Assembly (NCBI GenBank): GCA_951406725.2
Contig: OX597822.1
Span: forward strand, 90,768,001 to 90,832,000
Length of the DNA stretch: 64,000 nt
Source of the DNA: Octopus vulgaris
Taxonomy: Eukaryota
Direction: 5' to 3'
The position numbers and the translations under genes were made by a program. A model generated the notes under the pieces. That model worked only from the letters and a program-made list of their open reading frames with translations. It made no database searches and had not been told where the DNA came from. Positions 51,496-63,648 of this stretch are shown here, one piece after another (the first letter of the stretch is position 1; each line of letters begins with the position of its first letter).

Positions 51496-51515
51496 TATAT
51501 ATATGTATATGTATT
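51270..51515. repeat. Compound (TA)n/(TATG)n microsatellite, representative of dozens in the window
   Basis: Direct reading; these tracts generate most of the YI/CV-rich spurious ORFs. Confidence 0.95.
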
Positions 51516-52389
51516 CATACTGAGATATATTTAAAGTTTGTTATGTTAAAATAAACTTAGATATTCTATATACCTTTTCTCTAAATATGGAACATAGTGC
51601 TTGCAGGTTTCACCTTCACCAGCTTGTGATAAAGTGCCAAGTATTTGAGCATTCGTTACTAGTTTTTATACACCAGTATTGTTGTAACTTTTTGAAACCA
51701 CCAAGAATTATTAAAACCTGCTGAAAATTCAAGCTAAATTCATACACAACCACTCTGTGTGTAAAATCTGTTCACTTGAAAGAGTTCAACTCAAATTCAA
51801 AATGAGTCTGTTGAAGGAATAAATATTTTACAGTCATGGCAGTGTGGTAAGAAGCTTGCTTCTCAACCACATGGTTCTGGGTTCAGTCTCACTGCATGGC
51901 ACCTTGGGCAAGTGTCTTCTACTATAACCCCGGGCTGACCAAAGCCTTGTGAGTGGATGTGGTAGACAGAAACTGAATGAAGTCTGTCATATGTATATAT
52001 ATATATATATGTGTGTGTATGTGTATTTGTATATGTTTATGTATCTGTGTTTGTCCCCCCACCTTCACTTGACAACCAGTATTGGTGTGTTTATGTCCCC
52101 GTAACTTAGTGGTTTGGCAAAAGAGACTGATAGACTAAGTATAGGCTTACAAAGAATAAGTCCTGGGGTTGATTTCTTCGACTAAAGGTAATGCTCCAGC
52201 ATGGCTGCAGTCAAATGACTGAAACAAATAAAAGAGTATAATCATAATGTTTCTTTGTAAAAGAGTTTAGCAAAAAACCCAATGAAATAGAATGAAACTA
52301 GAATTTTTTTCTATTTTCACTGTTCTCTTTGTTAAACTGTGACACCAGGAAATATTCTATAAAATAATTTTTTGCCAATATATATAATA

Positions 52390-52710
52390 ATGAAATTATT
52401 GTATACAGTGCTCAGGTACACCACAACTTGTCAGACTGCGTATAAAGTATATGCAGTAATGTACAAATGTCTGGAAAGCGAATAATGTATGAGTCAGATA
52501 TATGATTGTGTGTGTATGGAGGGGAGAAAATCAGGTGTAGTGTTGACGAATCTCAGGAAGCATGGAAGTTTTGAAGGATGCAGTGCTTCGACAACTAACA
52601 ACTGATGCCGGAAGTTTGTTCCATGCTTCAGCAACTCTCAGCGTGAAAAAATGTTTCCTAAAGTCATGGGAGCTGTGCTGTTTTCTGACTTTGTAAATAT
52701 GTCCACGGGT
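52390..52710 (-). mobile_element. CR1-clade LINE 3' end
   Basis: TRGH..K..RKHFFTLRVAEAWNKLPASVV..SFK, the typical CR1 ORF2 C-terminus. Confidence 0.8.
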
Positions 52711-52836
52711 ATCATATCTTTCCATCCTTTGTCTTTAATTGCCATATAGTTTGATGACATATATTGAAATGACTATTGCATATAACAGAAACCACCTAAA
52801 ACATATTGTAAAATAACTGATTTTTTTTTTTTGCAG

Positions 52837-53055
52837 AATGTTTCCTTAAGCAATACAGATAATGTGAGTGCAAAGTCACCAACAGGAAATGTGGATGAAC
52901 CTATAGACACTGCATCAGTCAAAACTGATGAAGTTACTGTAACCAATAATGTCTCACTTGATACAGCAAACTCAGTTAGCTCACCCAGTTCACCTACCAT
53001 GGGGATGTTGATTGACATACCACTCAATGATGGTTCTCTTATTGAATCAAGTGCA
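52837..53055 (+). CDS. GOLGA4: GOLGA4 exon 2
   Basis: Poly-T tract + ttgcag acceptor, 73 open codons (NVSLSNTDN...LIESSA), gtaagt donor; phase 0-0, in frame with the flanking exons. Confidence 0.75.
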
Positions 53056-53706
53056 GTAAGTGCTTTATTACTTTTCTACATCAATTATGCTACACCACTG
53101 CCATGCTCCAACAATCTGGATGCAAAGCAATCTTTAGATCCAACAGCAATAATACTACATATATTCTGGCAACCCTCAAATATCTACCATATTTCTGATT
53201 CACACTTCTTCATTAAATACCACTAATCCTTATCCATATTTTATCAAAGATGGGTTTTGCTGTTTACACATCTTTTGTTTTCTTTGGTTTTTTGATTATA
53301 GGTCCTTTTTGTTATGTCTCCTTCTCCTTCCTTCATGCCTTCTCATTATTTCACCTTTAGTCTTCTATCTTTTTTATGTTGTCTTTTTGTTCTTTTCTTT
53401 CCTCTTTTTCTTATTTGTTTTCTGTCTTCTCTCTCTTTTTTTTTTGTCTTCTCTCCCTCTCTGTTATCTCATTATCTTCTTATTCATTATTCTTTACAGC
53501 CTTCCTTCAATTTTTTTTTATTGCTAATCAATATTTCAGATACCCAATGAAATGTAAGTTGTCCTTGTAAGGGAGTAGTACGTAATAATTGCTGTGATAA
53601 ATTTGCTTGTGGCATCTCTCTTTCAGAGTATCTAATGTTTGTTAGATGTTTGCATCCTTCTTCCTCTGAATAATTTTATTTTTTGTTTTATACAACCACT
53701 TTGTAG

Positions 53707-54003
53707 GAAGAATTTGCTGCTGCTGATGATGTATCATTATTAGGAAAGCAGCAAGAACAACCAAATAGCGGCATGTCTGTTATATCCCTTGGAGCAATGT
53801 CACCAAATACTTCTGCTAGCTCTGCATATGAAACGCCTTTTCAATCACCCTTGCCTCCAATACATTACCAAATGCCGTCCGATATTGAGAGTGAAATTGA
53901 AGAAAGTGCTTTCAATGTAGATATTCTCTCTAAAGAAGAACTTTACACTTTGGTAAAGAAGTATGAACACCGAGCCAGACGCTACAAGTCCAAATTCAAT
54001 GAA
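53707..54003 (+). CDS. GOLGA4: GOLGA4 exon 3
   Basis: ttgtag acceptor, gtaagt donor, 99 codons. PSDIESEIEE...LSKEELYTLVKKYEHRARRYKSKFNE aligns by eye with the golgin-245 segment PSDMDSEAED...LNKEQLIQRL...YRGKYSE. Confidence 0.88.
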
Positions 54004-54010
54004 GTAAGTA

Positions 54011-54471
54011 CAGTAATCCCTTGACTATCATGGGTGTTACATTCTAAAACCTCCTGCGATAGGTAAAAATCTGCGCAGTAGAAACAGTACTATATATATT
54101 GTTTTATTATTTTTATAATTTGTATGTATTTATTTTATTATAAATGCAAAACGACATTACACACTCACCTCCCAAGTTTCGTTTTCCATACAGTATGTGT
54201 GATTCTTTGTTTACTCATTTATGGTACACTATGTATTTTCTTTTAATATATTTTAATTAATGTGTTATACTGTGCAGTACTGCACTGTATTTTCATTTAT
54301 TGAATTTTAAGTGTGAAAATGCTTATTTTACCACAGAAATAATTAAAATATAAAAAAATATAAATACCTATCAACCGCAGAAATCTGTGATATACTAATG
54401 AGTCCACGATATAAATTTACATCTATTAGCCAGATTAATCCGTGGTGTACTGAGGGTGTGAGTGATTACTG
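54011..54471. mobile_element. pogo/Tigger-type MITE
   Basis: TA-CAGTAATCCCT ... AGTGATTACTG-TA terminal inverted repeats with an AT-rich interior. Confidence 0.75.
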
Positions 54472-55559
54472 TAGTACTTTTTGAAATGATACCATGATGA
54501 AATGCTTAGTTGGAGATGGTTGCTTAAATGAGAGGTTTTAAGATTTTGACCCACCAGTTTCCCTTGTAATTCATATTTAAATTGTAATAGAGCCACTTGC
54601 ATATAAATAGGTATTGTAGAGGGTGTAGGTCATCACTGCAACAACGATACTTTGCAACTATGTTTTGCCAGATTAAATAACTAACTTCAATTATCCCTTG
54701 AGAAAACCTTGTGATTGACTCACACCTTGTCCAAGGAAAGATTCTCTGAACTGTTTAACTCTTTGAAAACAAGTATAAGTCACACTTTACTACAACATTT
54801 TTTTTTTTGTAACAGAAGTAATATAACAGTTAATATCAAAAAACACAGAACACTTTTTAAATTTTCTTAGTGTTCACAGAAGTATCCAGTTGTAACATCT
54901 TTTCTCCAGTTGCACATAGTTACATATAACATTGTCACCACATCTGATGATTCTTTGGTGAAAGAGTAACCTGATGATATCATCATCATCATTATTATAA
55001 TGTTCACTTTTCCATACTTACATGAAATCTTGTTGAGGCAGATTTTCTATGATTGGATGCCCTTCCTGTCATCAACCCTCACCTGTTTCCAAGTAATATA
55101 TTTCCCCTTAACCTCACATTTCCCAAGAAGACTGGAAACAAATGACACCACTTGTATGATGGTAACACTTGCTTACAGCTATCATTTGATGTCAAGATGA
55201 TGACACATACACACACTACTACTACTACTACTACTTTGCTCTGAATGTTTGAGGATTTGGACATACAGTGGCTCTGTTGAGCAGTTACATTGATATTAGT
55301 ATATCTGATAATGTGCAAGAGCAGTTTGCTTGCAGGTAAATGTTCCCACAAACATTCTTTTCAGATATTGAAAGCTGTCCCCCATCCCCCAGCTCCCCAA
55401 CACACTCTTTCTATCAAGTTTGCAACTTTAGGGTAACCAGATAATGGTATACTTATACCTAGTAAATCAGAAAAGAAAGAGACACAGAAGTACTTCTACG
55501 AAAGGCTTCTATGGAAAATGCATAAGAGAAATAGAGCCTTCCAAATGTAAAGCCAAATG

Positions 55560-55980
55560 CGGAACCAGCCATTATAGTTGACTGCAGTAAGATAGAAAAA
55601 GCAATTAAGGATATGAAGGAAGGAAAATCTCTGGTCCACCAGGAATTACTGTCAAAATGCTTAAAATACCTTGCAGAGTGAGATACGGCTTAGTCTCCTA
55701 TATAGTTTATCAGGTTGTACAGAAATGGATCATATCCAACGACTAGTGTAGCAACATTCTTGTCAACTGTTACAAGGGTATAATGGTTCTATCTTAAAGA
55801 GGAGTAATTGCAGAGGTATCAAATTGCTAGACCAAGTCATGAAAGTTACAGAATGAGTTGTAGCTCAACTGGTTAGGAAGAAGTCAGACTAGGTGTGGTG
55901 CAATTTGGTTTTGTGACATGTAGAGGAGTTATTGAGGCTCTCTTTCTAGTAAGGCAGCTGCAGGAGAAGTTTATAGTCAA
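55560..55980 (+). mobile_element. Degenerate RTE RT fragment
   Basis: Remnants of KxPGPxGI, VNCYKG, RGIKLLDQVMKV and VRQLQEK. Confidence 0.7.
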
Positions 55981-56579
55981 AACTGATTAGTTTGGAAAGA
56001 ACTGTTCTTCTATGGTTGTAAAAGCTTTTGAAATATAGAGAATCAAACAATGCTTCTTGAAACAAGAACTTTGTTGACAGGACTTAACTCCAATCCCAGA
56101 AAATGTTTGTAACATCTGCAGTAGGGTCTGTTTGTCCCAAACTGGACTTGCTAGTCATATGAAGTTTCGTGATAGCACTTAGTATTAGAAATGATGGTCA
56201 TCTTCTGTAAAGAAATGACAATCACCATATGTATATATATCTATGTGTGTGTGTGTTTATATTTGTGTATCATCATCATTGTCAACATCATTTAACTTCT
56301 GTTTTTCATGCTGGCATGGATTGGACGGTTTGACAGGAGCTGGTGAGTCAGAGGTCTGTGCCAAGCTCTATCTGTTTTTGCATGGTTTATATGTCTAGAT
56401 GCCCTTCTTAACACCAACCACTTTATAGAGGAGTGCAGTTGGTATTTTTTAGTGGCACTGACTTCAGTAAGGTCACCAGATAGCATGCAAGTCAAAGACT
56501 CCTTAGTTGAGTGGGGGGTAGTATTGAGAGAGGTGACTTTGTGCCAGGTGATGAGAGTTAAGGTAAGAGGGACAGAAAT

Positions 56580-56633
<54 letters not shown>

Positions 56634-56857
56634 GTACACACACACAAAAGAAGCTTCTTTCAGTTTCTGTCCACAAAATCCCTTCACACTCACTGGATCA
56701 GCTTGGAGGTATAGTAGAATACACATACTCTAGATGCCACACATCTCTATTTAGTTTCTAAATACAGAGTGGTTTGTGTAAAGGAAAGGTCACTACAAAT
56801 CTAAAAATATATGGGCTTTTCCAATTTGTCCAATTAACACAAAAGCTGTTCTCTTTT

Positions 56858-59800
56858 TGTTGTGGCGAGAGTCATTGACACCCCTGAGGGATTGGAAGAA
56901 TGGACTAGCCTAACTCTTATAAAGAGTAGCTTATTGGTTGACAAAGAGGTCGCTAGGAGTTACTGAGAGGGTGTTTTGGAGTCTCGTGAAGTATGTCATG
57001 TGAACACATTGACTTAACCTCCCCTCCATTAATTGTATATCCAACATTTGTCAAGGATATAAAAGCGGTGACAAGATAGTTGAAGCTTGCGTCAAACATT
57101 AAAATTTTATTTTGGTATGAAATCGATGTAAAAAGTCATTAACATAGAAGACTTATTGGTTTGCATGGTGCAGTTGCAACAGCAACAACAGCAGTTACAA
57201 CAACTACAACAGCAGCAACAAGGCCAACAGTAACTGGAAGTAATGTTGAAGAAGTCTGAAAATACTTCTGGTTCATTCTCATCAGACAGCATAACAAACG
57301 CGATTGGAGAATTTATTTAAAACCCAGAAGAAGGTACTACTTTTTCTGCATATTTTAGATGATATGAAGAAATCTTCAAAGAAGAATGTAAAAATTGGAA
57401 TGTGAATTTAAAAATGTTTTAATGTCGGAATTGTCATTATCACATTTTGATCTGAATTTAGAAATAGTAGTGGCAGCAGATTGCTTGTGAAAGTGGTATT
57501 GGAGCTGTGATTTTACACAAATATAATGATGGTAGCCTGAAAACAGTAGCTCATGCTTTGTGTTCAATATTGCTGGTTGAGAAAAGTTACAGTCAAATAG
57601 AAAAGAGGCATTAGCCATCATATCTGTGGTAAAAAAAATTCCATAAATTTATACATGGAAGAAGGTTCTGCCTGCAGACAGACCACTGCCCATTATTGTC
57701 TATCTATGGATCAAAAAAGGTTATCCCCACACATACAGCCAACAGATTGCAATGCTTGGGAATGAAACTACTGAATTATGACTTCAAAATGGAGTAAAAA
57801 GTTGGGACATGCAGATGGTTTGTCAAGGTGACTACCAAAATACAGTGAACTGCTAGAAGACATGGTGATAGCAGTGTTAAAAACTGAAAATGAAAGAAAA
57901 AATATATTGTGCAATGTTGTACATGGATTGCCAGTGACATTGGAGGAAATAAAAGTTAAGGCAGAGACTGACAAGTTTATCATAAAAATGACAAAAATAG
58001 TGACATTAGAAGAAACAAATTAAAAAATAAGTGTGGCTGGACGTAACGCAGTTTCAAATTTGTATTCGATATGTGATAATGTGCTTATGTATGCACAGAG
58101 GGCCATAATGTCTACCTCACTACAAGGTCAAATGTTAAAGGAATTCGACACTGGACATCCAGGAATTTCTAGGATGAAGCCGCTTATGAGTAGTTATGTT
58201 TACTGGCCAAAAATGGATCTAGATACCATAATCTCTGATAACAGTACACAATTCACAGTGAATAAATTTAAGAATTTTTGCAAGATGTACTCAATTGAAC
58301 ATATCACTACTCCTCTGTACCACCCAAAATCAAACAGGCAAGGGGAAAGGTTCGTGGATACATTTAAAAGAGCATTAAAGAAATCAAGAAACAAGCTAGT
58401 TGATGACTCAGTATTGACACAATTCTTGAGGGTTTATAGGATAACACATATAGCGGTTTAAGCATCCATTAGCTTCTCTTATATTATAGTGTATATTTTC
58501 TAGTTAGTTTTGTTTACAGTTAATGCAATGCTACTTATGTTTCCTATTCGGAAATAGATAAAATTATTTGGCTTTTAAAGTAAGGATGTATAATGATAGA
58601 ACCGTCACTTATAACTTAAGTGTTATCATTATACGCAGTCCGAAGTACAGTTATATAAACGCCATAGAGAAATATACTTTCTGGAACGCTAACGAACATT
58701 AGCGAGAATGTATGTTGAATGTGACTTTCATGTTCATTTAACCGCTATAAAAAAATACAATTTAATAATTATAGAAATACATTTTATATATAGTTGAAGA
58801 ACGTGAAGAAAGACACAACATTTTCTTAATTAATTTTATTATATACATATAGCATTTTATATTATATACAGGTGAAAGAAAGTTAAATTTCGCCGTAGAG
58901 AATTACGACTATATATTTTACTATCTAATTCTTTAATCTAACTAATATTGAATCTCAATAATTCAAATAAAACTCGTTGGATTTTCCTTGGACATGGCAT
59001 GAAAAATCACGAATGTTTCAAAGGAGTGAGTATCATGGAGTTTAGTTACATCCAACAAACACTGAAGTTTCTCCCAAAATCCAGGGTTTTTATAACTGCT
59101 CAACTTGACTTTAAAGAATCGAAATTACATACAAATATTCTTTAAGTAACTCTTAGAATTCTTATATGAGCAGTTAGATTAACCAATGGAAAAATGACAA
59201 TAATATTTCTTCAGCAATACGACATTACGTCATATTGTCAACTACCACATATTGGCACCTTATTTTAAAATGGCTACTTGCTACACACCAAACCCAAACA
59301 CTTTTTCAGGCAAGTCGCCTGTGGAACTAATGTTTACTTGAAAAACAAAGTCAATTTTCGACAAGCTGCTACCAGTAAGAAAAACAAATAGGGAAAATTC
59401 TAAATGTATGACAAAGCTTTTTAATATCAGTGACAAGGTGTTTTTCAAAATATATAAAAATGAAACACAAGGCTGGGAAGACTGAGTAGTAACAAAAGGA
59501 AAAGGCAAAATGACATATCTGATAAGAGGCGAAAAATGGAACACAAAAGACATCTAAACACAGTTAAAAAATAGATATACGGAGAAAAAAAAGAAATACC
59601 CATGGAAGTGTTCTACGACACTTTTGATGTTCCAATGCCACAAGAAATCGTACCTAGTTCTAGCAGTACAAGAAAGAGGAAACAAACAGAACAGTTGGAA
59701 GTAGTGCCTAAACAGGAGAAATATTAAACTTCCCTAGGAGGAAAATCTCAAAAAGGGAGATGTGATGAAAGAAAAATAGATAAATAAAAATAATATTATC

Positions 59801-60039
59801 TTCCAATGGAAGTCAGTTTCAAAGGGGGAGATGTTGTGGTGAGAGTCATTGTCACCCCTGGGGGATTGGAAGAATGGGCTAGCTGAACTCTTATAAAGAG
59901 TAGCATATTGGTTGACAAAGAGGTTGATAGGAGTTGTTGAGAGGGCATTTAGGTGTCTCGTGAAGTACGTCATGTGAACACATTGATTTTACCTCCACAT
60001 CGTTAAATTACATATCCAACGTTTGTCAAGGATAGAAAA
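56858..60039 (+). mobile_element. Ty3/Gypsy LTR retrotransposon, internally deleted, with both LTRs
   Basis: LTRs of about 200 bp (TGTTGTGG(C/T)GAGAGTCATTG...) at 56858 and 59832; polypurine tract AAAGGGGGAGA; RNase H (EKEALAII, TDHCPL) and integrase (HPGISRMK..YVYWP, SDNSTQF, PLYHPKSN..ERFV) remnants. Confidence 0.9.
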
Positions 60040-60370
60040 CTTTTCCTATTCCTAAGAATATATTACAGTCTAACATTGTGAAAGTAGTTCAAAATAAAGG
60101 ATTGAAATAAGTATTGCACAGTATCCTATTTGGTTATTTGGCTGGAAAACAAGAGCCTCTGTTTCATTGTTTAATGTTTACTTGTATAAAGAGCAACTCA
60201 TTTTCTGAAAGTATTCTTCTCAAAACGTATACAAAATGTGTCTTAAATGGTAATAAGTTTGTAAATCATTTTGATGAGAACTGTCAAAATTAACACTTTA
60301 CTTAAAAGAAAATAAATCTATGAAAACAATTTATAAGCATTTAACATTAAGTTTTTGCTTTTACTTTTAG

Positions 60371-60418
60371 ATAGTTATTACTTTCAAAGAACTTTTGCAA
60401 GAACAAGAGAAATTAAAG
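60371..60418 (+). CDS. GOLGA4: GOLGA4 exon 4 (gene continues beyond the window)
   Basis: ttttag|ATA...AAG|gtaagt, 16 codons IVITFKELLQEQEKLK, matching the golgin-245 segment LVTAYQMLQREKKKLQ that follows the exon 3 sequence. Confidence 0.85.
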
Positions 60419-61467
60419 GTAAGTAATCCGGAAAAGCTTTTTGGTTCTATGACAAAAAACTCTTATTTTTAACCTTTTATGAAATTTCTGTTTGGGTAGA
60501 GGTTTGTCAGGGACAGATTGTGTGCAGGAGCATGGACATAAAGGTCACACCTTTTTAGCTTTGATTTTACTCGGCTGGGCATATCTTGTCAAGCACAGCA
60601 AATCGGCAATTGTCTTGGTCCTTTGTCATCTCCTCCATGAGGCTCAACAACTGAAAATCATTTTTCAAAATTTCATCCCACATCTTCCTAGATCTTCCTC
60701 TTCCACAGGTTCCCTCTACATTTGGAGAATGGCACATCTTTATGCAACTGTCTTCATTTACATGCATCACATGACCATGTCTTGCAAACAACTTGCACAT
60801 GCAAGTGCTACCAGTTAAAAGCTCCGTATACCGGAAGCTAGCAAGTGTATGGGGTCATCAGGAGAGAATGCACGCCATTTCGGGGCCTACCTCTCGACAA
60901 CATCAATGCGCACGGGCCCCGCTCACTGATATGAGGCCCCGCTTGCTAGATCAGCTGGTTATGAAGAACTCAATATACTTCTAGCCATCACTCATCGTCT
61001 CTTTTTAACCAAATCCAGTAGCTAGCCTTCTCCACTGTAGATTGGATATCAGCCATGGTGGTATTGAGCAGTCTTCTCTCTTGCACACTACATCTGATGC
61101 CCATTTTCACAGTTAAGATTTACATAATATCTCAACATCAAATGTGCAACAATATCTTGTGCTTTCATCTGGAAAATCTACATGTTTAAAATATCAAAAG
61201 CAACTTTGATTCATTGGAACACTTTTTATATAGTTCCAAAATATTTGAATTCTTAGCAGATGTGGATTCTATTCATTCTATGCTATTCTGTCATCAATGG
61301 AAAGTAATGTGTACATATATTACACACACACACATTAATATCAAGCAATGAGAATGAGTGCGGAACACTGCATTGGTGAATAAAAATTCTTTATTAGAGA
61401 CAAACACTGATGTTTCATATCGTAGGCTTGATAATTGTTATATATATATAAATTTATATATATATAT

Positions 61468-62304
61468 CATCATCATCATCATCATCGTTTAACGTCCGTT
61501 CTCCATGCTAGCATGGGTTGGACGGTTCGACCGGGGTTCTGGGAAGCCAGAAGGCTGCACCAGGCTCCAGTCTAATCTGGCAATGTTTCTACAGCTGGAT
61601 GCCCTTCCTAACGCCAACCACTCTGTGAGTGTAGTGGGTGCTTTTTATGTGCCACCTGCACAGGTGCCAGGCGAGGCTGGCAACGGCCACGGTCGGATTG
61701 GTGTATTTTATGTGCAACCGGCACGGAAGCCAGTCGAGGCGGTGCTGGCATCGGCCACGAGTCGGATAGTGCTTTTTACATACCACCAGACCAGGGATCC
61801 TGGCTGGTTCAATTCGATTTTGATTTCGCTTGCCCCAACATGTCTTCACAAGCAAAGGGGGTTGGCATGGGTGCCTGTCGTACGGTTGGATTGGAGTATT
61901 TTATGTGCCACCGGCACGGAAGCCAGTCGAAGCGGCGCTGGCATCGGCCACGAGTCGGATAGTGCTTTTTACGTACCACCAGACCAGGGATCCTGGCTGG
62001 TTCAATTCGGTTTCAATTTCGCTTGCCCCAACATGTCTTCACAAGCAGAGGGGGTTGGCATGGGTGTCTGTCGTCGGATGAGGTTCTATATCGACTTCGC
62101 TTGCCTCAACAGGTCTTTGTGTCCAAGGGAGGAAAGGCATTTATAAGTGGGCTGGGCTCACTTGTCCTGCCTGGTCTTCTCACGTACAGAATATTTCCAA
62201 AGGTCTCGGTCGCTGGTCATTTCCTCAGTGAGGCCTAAAGTTCGAAGGTCGTGCTTCACCACCTCGTCCCAGGTTTTCCTGGGTCTACCTCTTCCACGGG
62301 TTCC

Positions 62305-62307
<3 letters not shown>
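61468..62307 (-). mobile_element. RTE LINE 3' end
   Basis: ORF tail plus 3' UTR with an internal duplication and (GAT)n tail. Shorter 3'-UTR copies at about 15240-15550, 26745-27250, 29968-30055, 30310-30490, 31900-32380, 32870-33290, 43330-43510 and 47330-47560. Confidence 0.9.
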
Positions 62308-62356
<49 letters not shown>

Positions 62357-62382
62357 CATATTATATAATATATATATATATT

Positions 62383-62459
<77 letters not shown>

Positions 62460-62559
62460 AATCGAAACATGAAAACACAAAGAGAAAACACAACAACGCG
62501 AGGACGTGGAACAAGTATAGTGTTATTAGACGCTCAGGAAAGAAAAGAAAGAAAGAGGA

Positions 62560-62592
62560 TTTAACGTTTCAAGCGGAGCTCTTCATCAGAAA
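62560..62592 (-). ncRNA. Minimal hammerhead (family B), canonical core
   Basis: Reverse complement: ttt-CTGATGA-A-GAGC-TCC-GCTT-GAAA-C-GTT-aaa; palindromic AACGTT stem III. Confidence 0.75.
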
Positions 62593-62682
62593 CATAGGCA
62601 AAGGAAAGATCCAACGAAGGGAAGACGGAGGAAAAGAAATCGCCAACGATACACACGCAGTCACATTTTGAATATATATATA

Positions 62683-63648
62683 TATAATCTTCTCTCTTTG
62701 CTCCTTTACGCCATTTGGGCTCAACTCTCCTCCCCTCTTCATCTAACCTCCTCCGCTTGCCTCTCTCCCCCCTCCTACTTCCTCCCACCCAACTCTCCTC
62801 TCTTGCCCCGACTCCTACTTCTCTTCACTCCTACTTCTCTTCACTCCTACTTCTCTTCACTCCTACTTCTCTTCACCCCTACACTCTTTCCTTCTTCTCT
62901 CTTACTGTCTTTCTATCTTCTCTTTCCCTCTTCTCTCTTACTCTCTTCCCTCTTTCTCTCTTCTCCCTTACTCTCTTTCTCTCTTCTCTCCTCCCCTCTC
63001 TCCTCACATACCCACCTTTCCCTCCCCCATAAGCCCACCCACCCCCCCACACATTCCTACTCCACCTTGCCTATCATTCCCATCCCCACCCTATCCCACA
63101 TACCCCACCTCTACCCCCACCCTCTTCCTACCCACAAACCCCAACTCTACCCCAAGCCTCAGTCGAACCCCCACCCCACCTTCCCCACTCTTGCCTCCCC
63201 CACCTCCCAACAACATCACACCACACCACACTACACATGCAACATTACACATCACAACACACCACCCACACCCCCATCCCCACATTTTCACACCTACACA
63301 TACACACACACACACACACGTCCATACCACCAGCCCTCTTTCACACACACATACATACTCTCTTATACACACATGCACCTTCGTGTTGGGGGTCATCTTT
63401 ACTTTGTTATCTCTCCTACTTCTGGCCTCTCGTGTGTGACCCTTCTGTCCGAAGTCAGTCGCCATGATAGATCGTTAGCCACTACACACATTTTTTCTCT
63501 CCTTGTTTTTTCTGTGTCCCTTTCTGTAGAAGAGCGTAGGCTCGAAACGTAAAAGACTTTTTCTATTCCTGAGCATTATACTAATACATCTGTTTGTTTT
63601 GTACACCACCTGTCTTCGTCTTTTGTTTTTTTCATAAACTCTCCTTAT
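62683..63648 (+). mobile_element. 5'-truncated Penelope-like element 3' end (ORF tail + C/T-rich UTR + family A terminal repeat)
   Basis: Begins with IIFSLCSFTPFGLNSPPLFI* (the PLE GIY-YIG terminal L-x-T-xx-P-x-GLN-like motif), then a pyrimidine-rich UTR, then the family A unit. An inverted family A unit follows at 63661-63900. Confidence 0.7.
63520..63555 (+). ncRNA. Minimal hammerhead-like motif (family A, CUGUNGA core)
   Basis: cttt-CTGTAGA-A-GAGC-GTAG-GCTC-GAAA-C-GTA-aaag. Homologous motifs at 1825-1860(+), 11691-11726(+), 24708-24743(-) and 63792-63827(-). Confidence 0.65.

Noticed and set aside
54940-54975. CTGATGA..GAAA motif
   Set aside because: No stable stem II or stem I; probably chance.
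62668-63552. 294-aa ORF
   Set aside because: Low-complexity translation of the C/T-rich PLE UTR; only a short GLN motif in another frame is meaningful.
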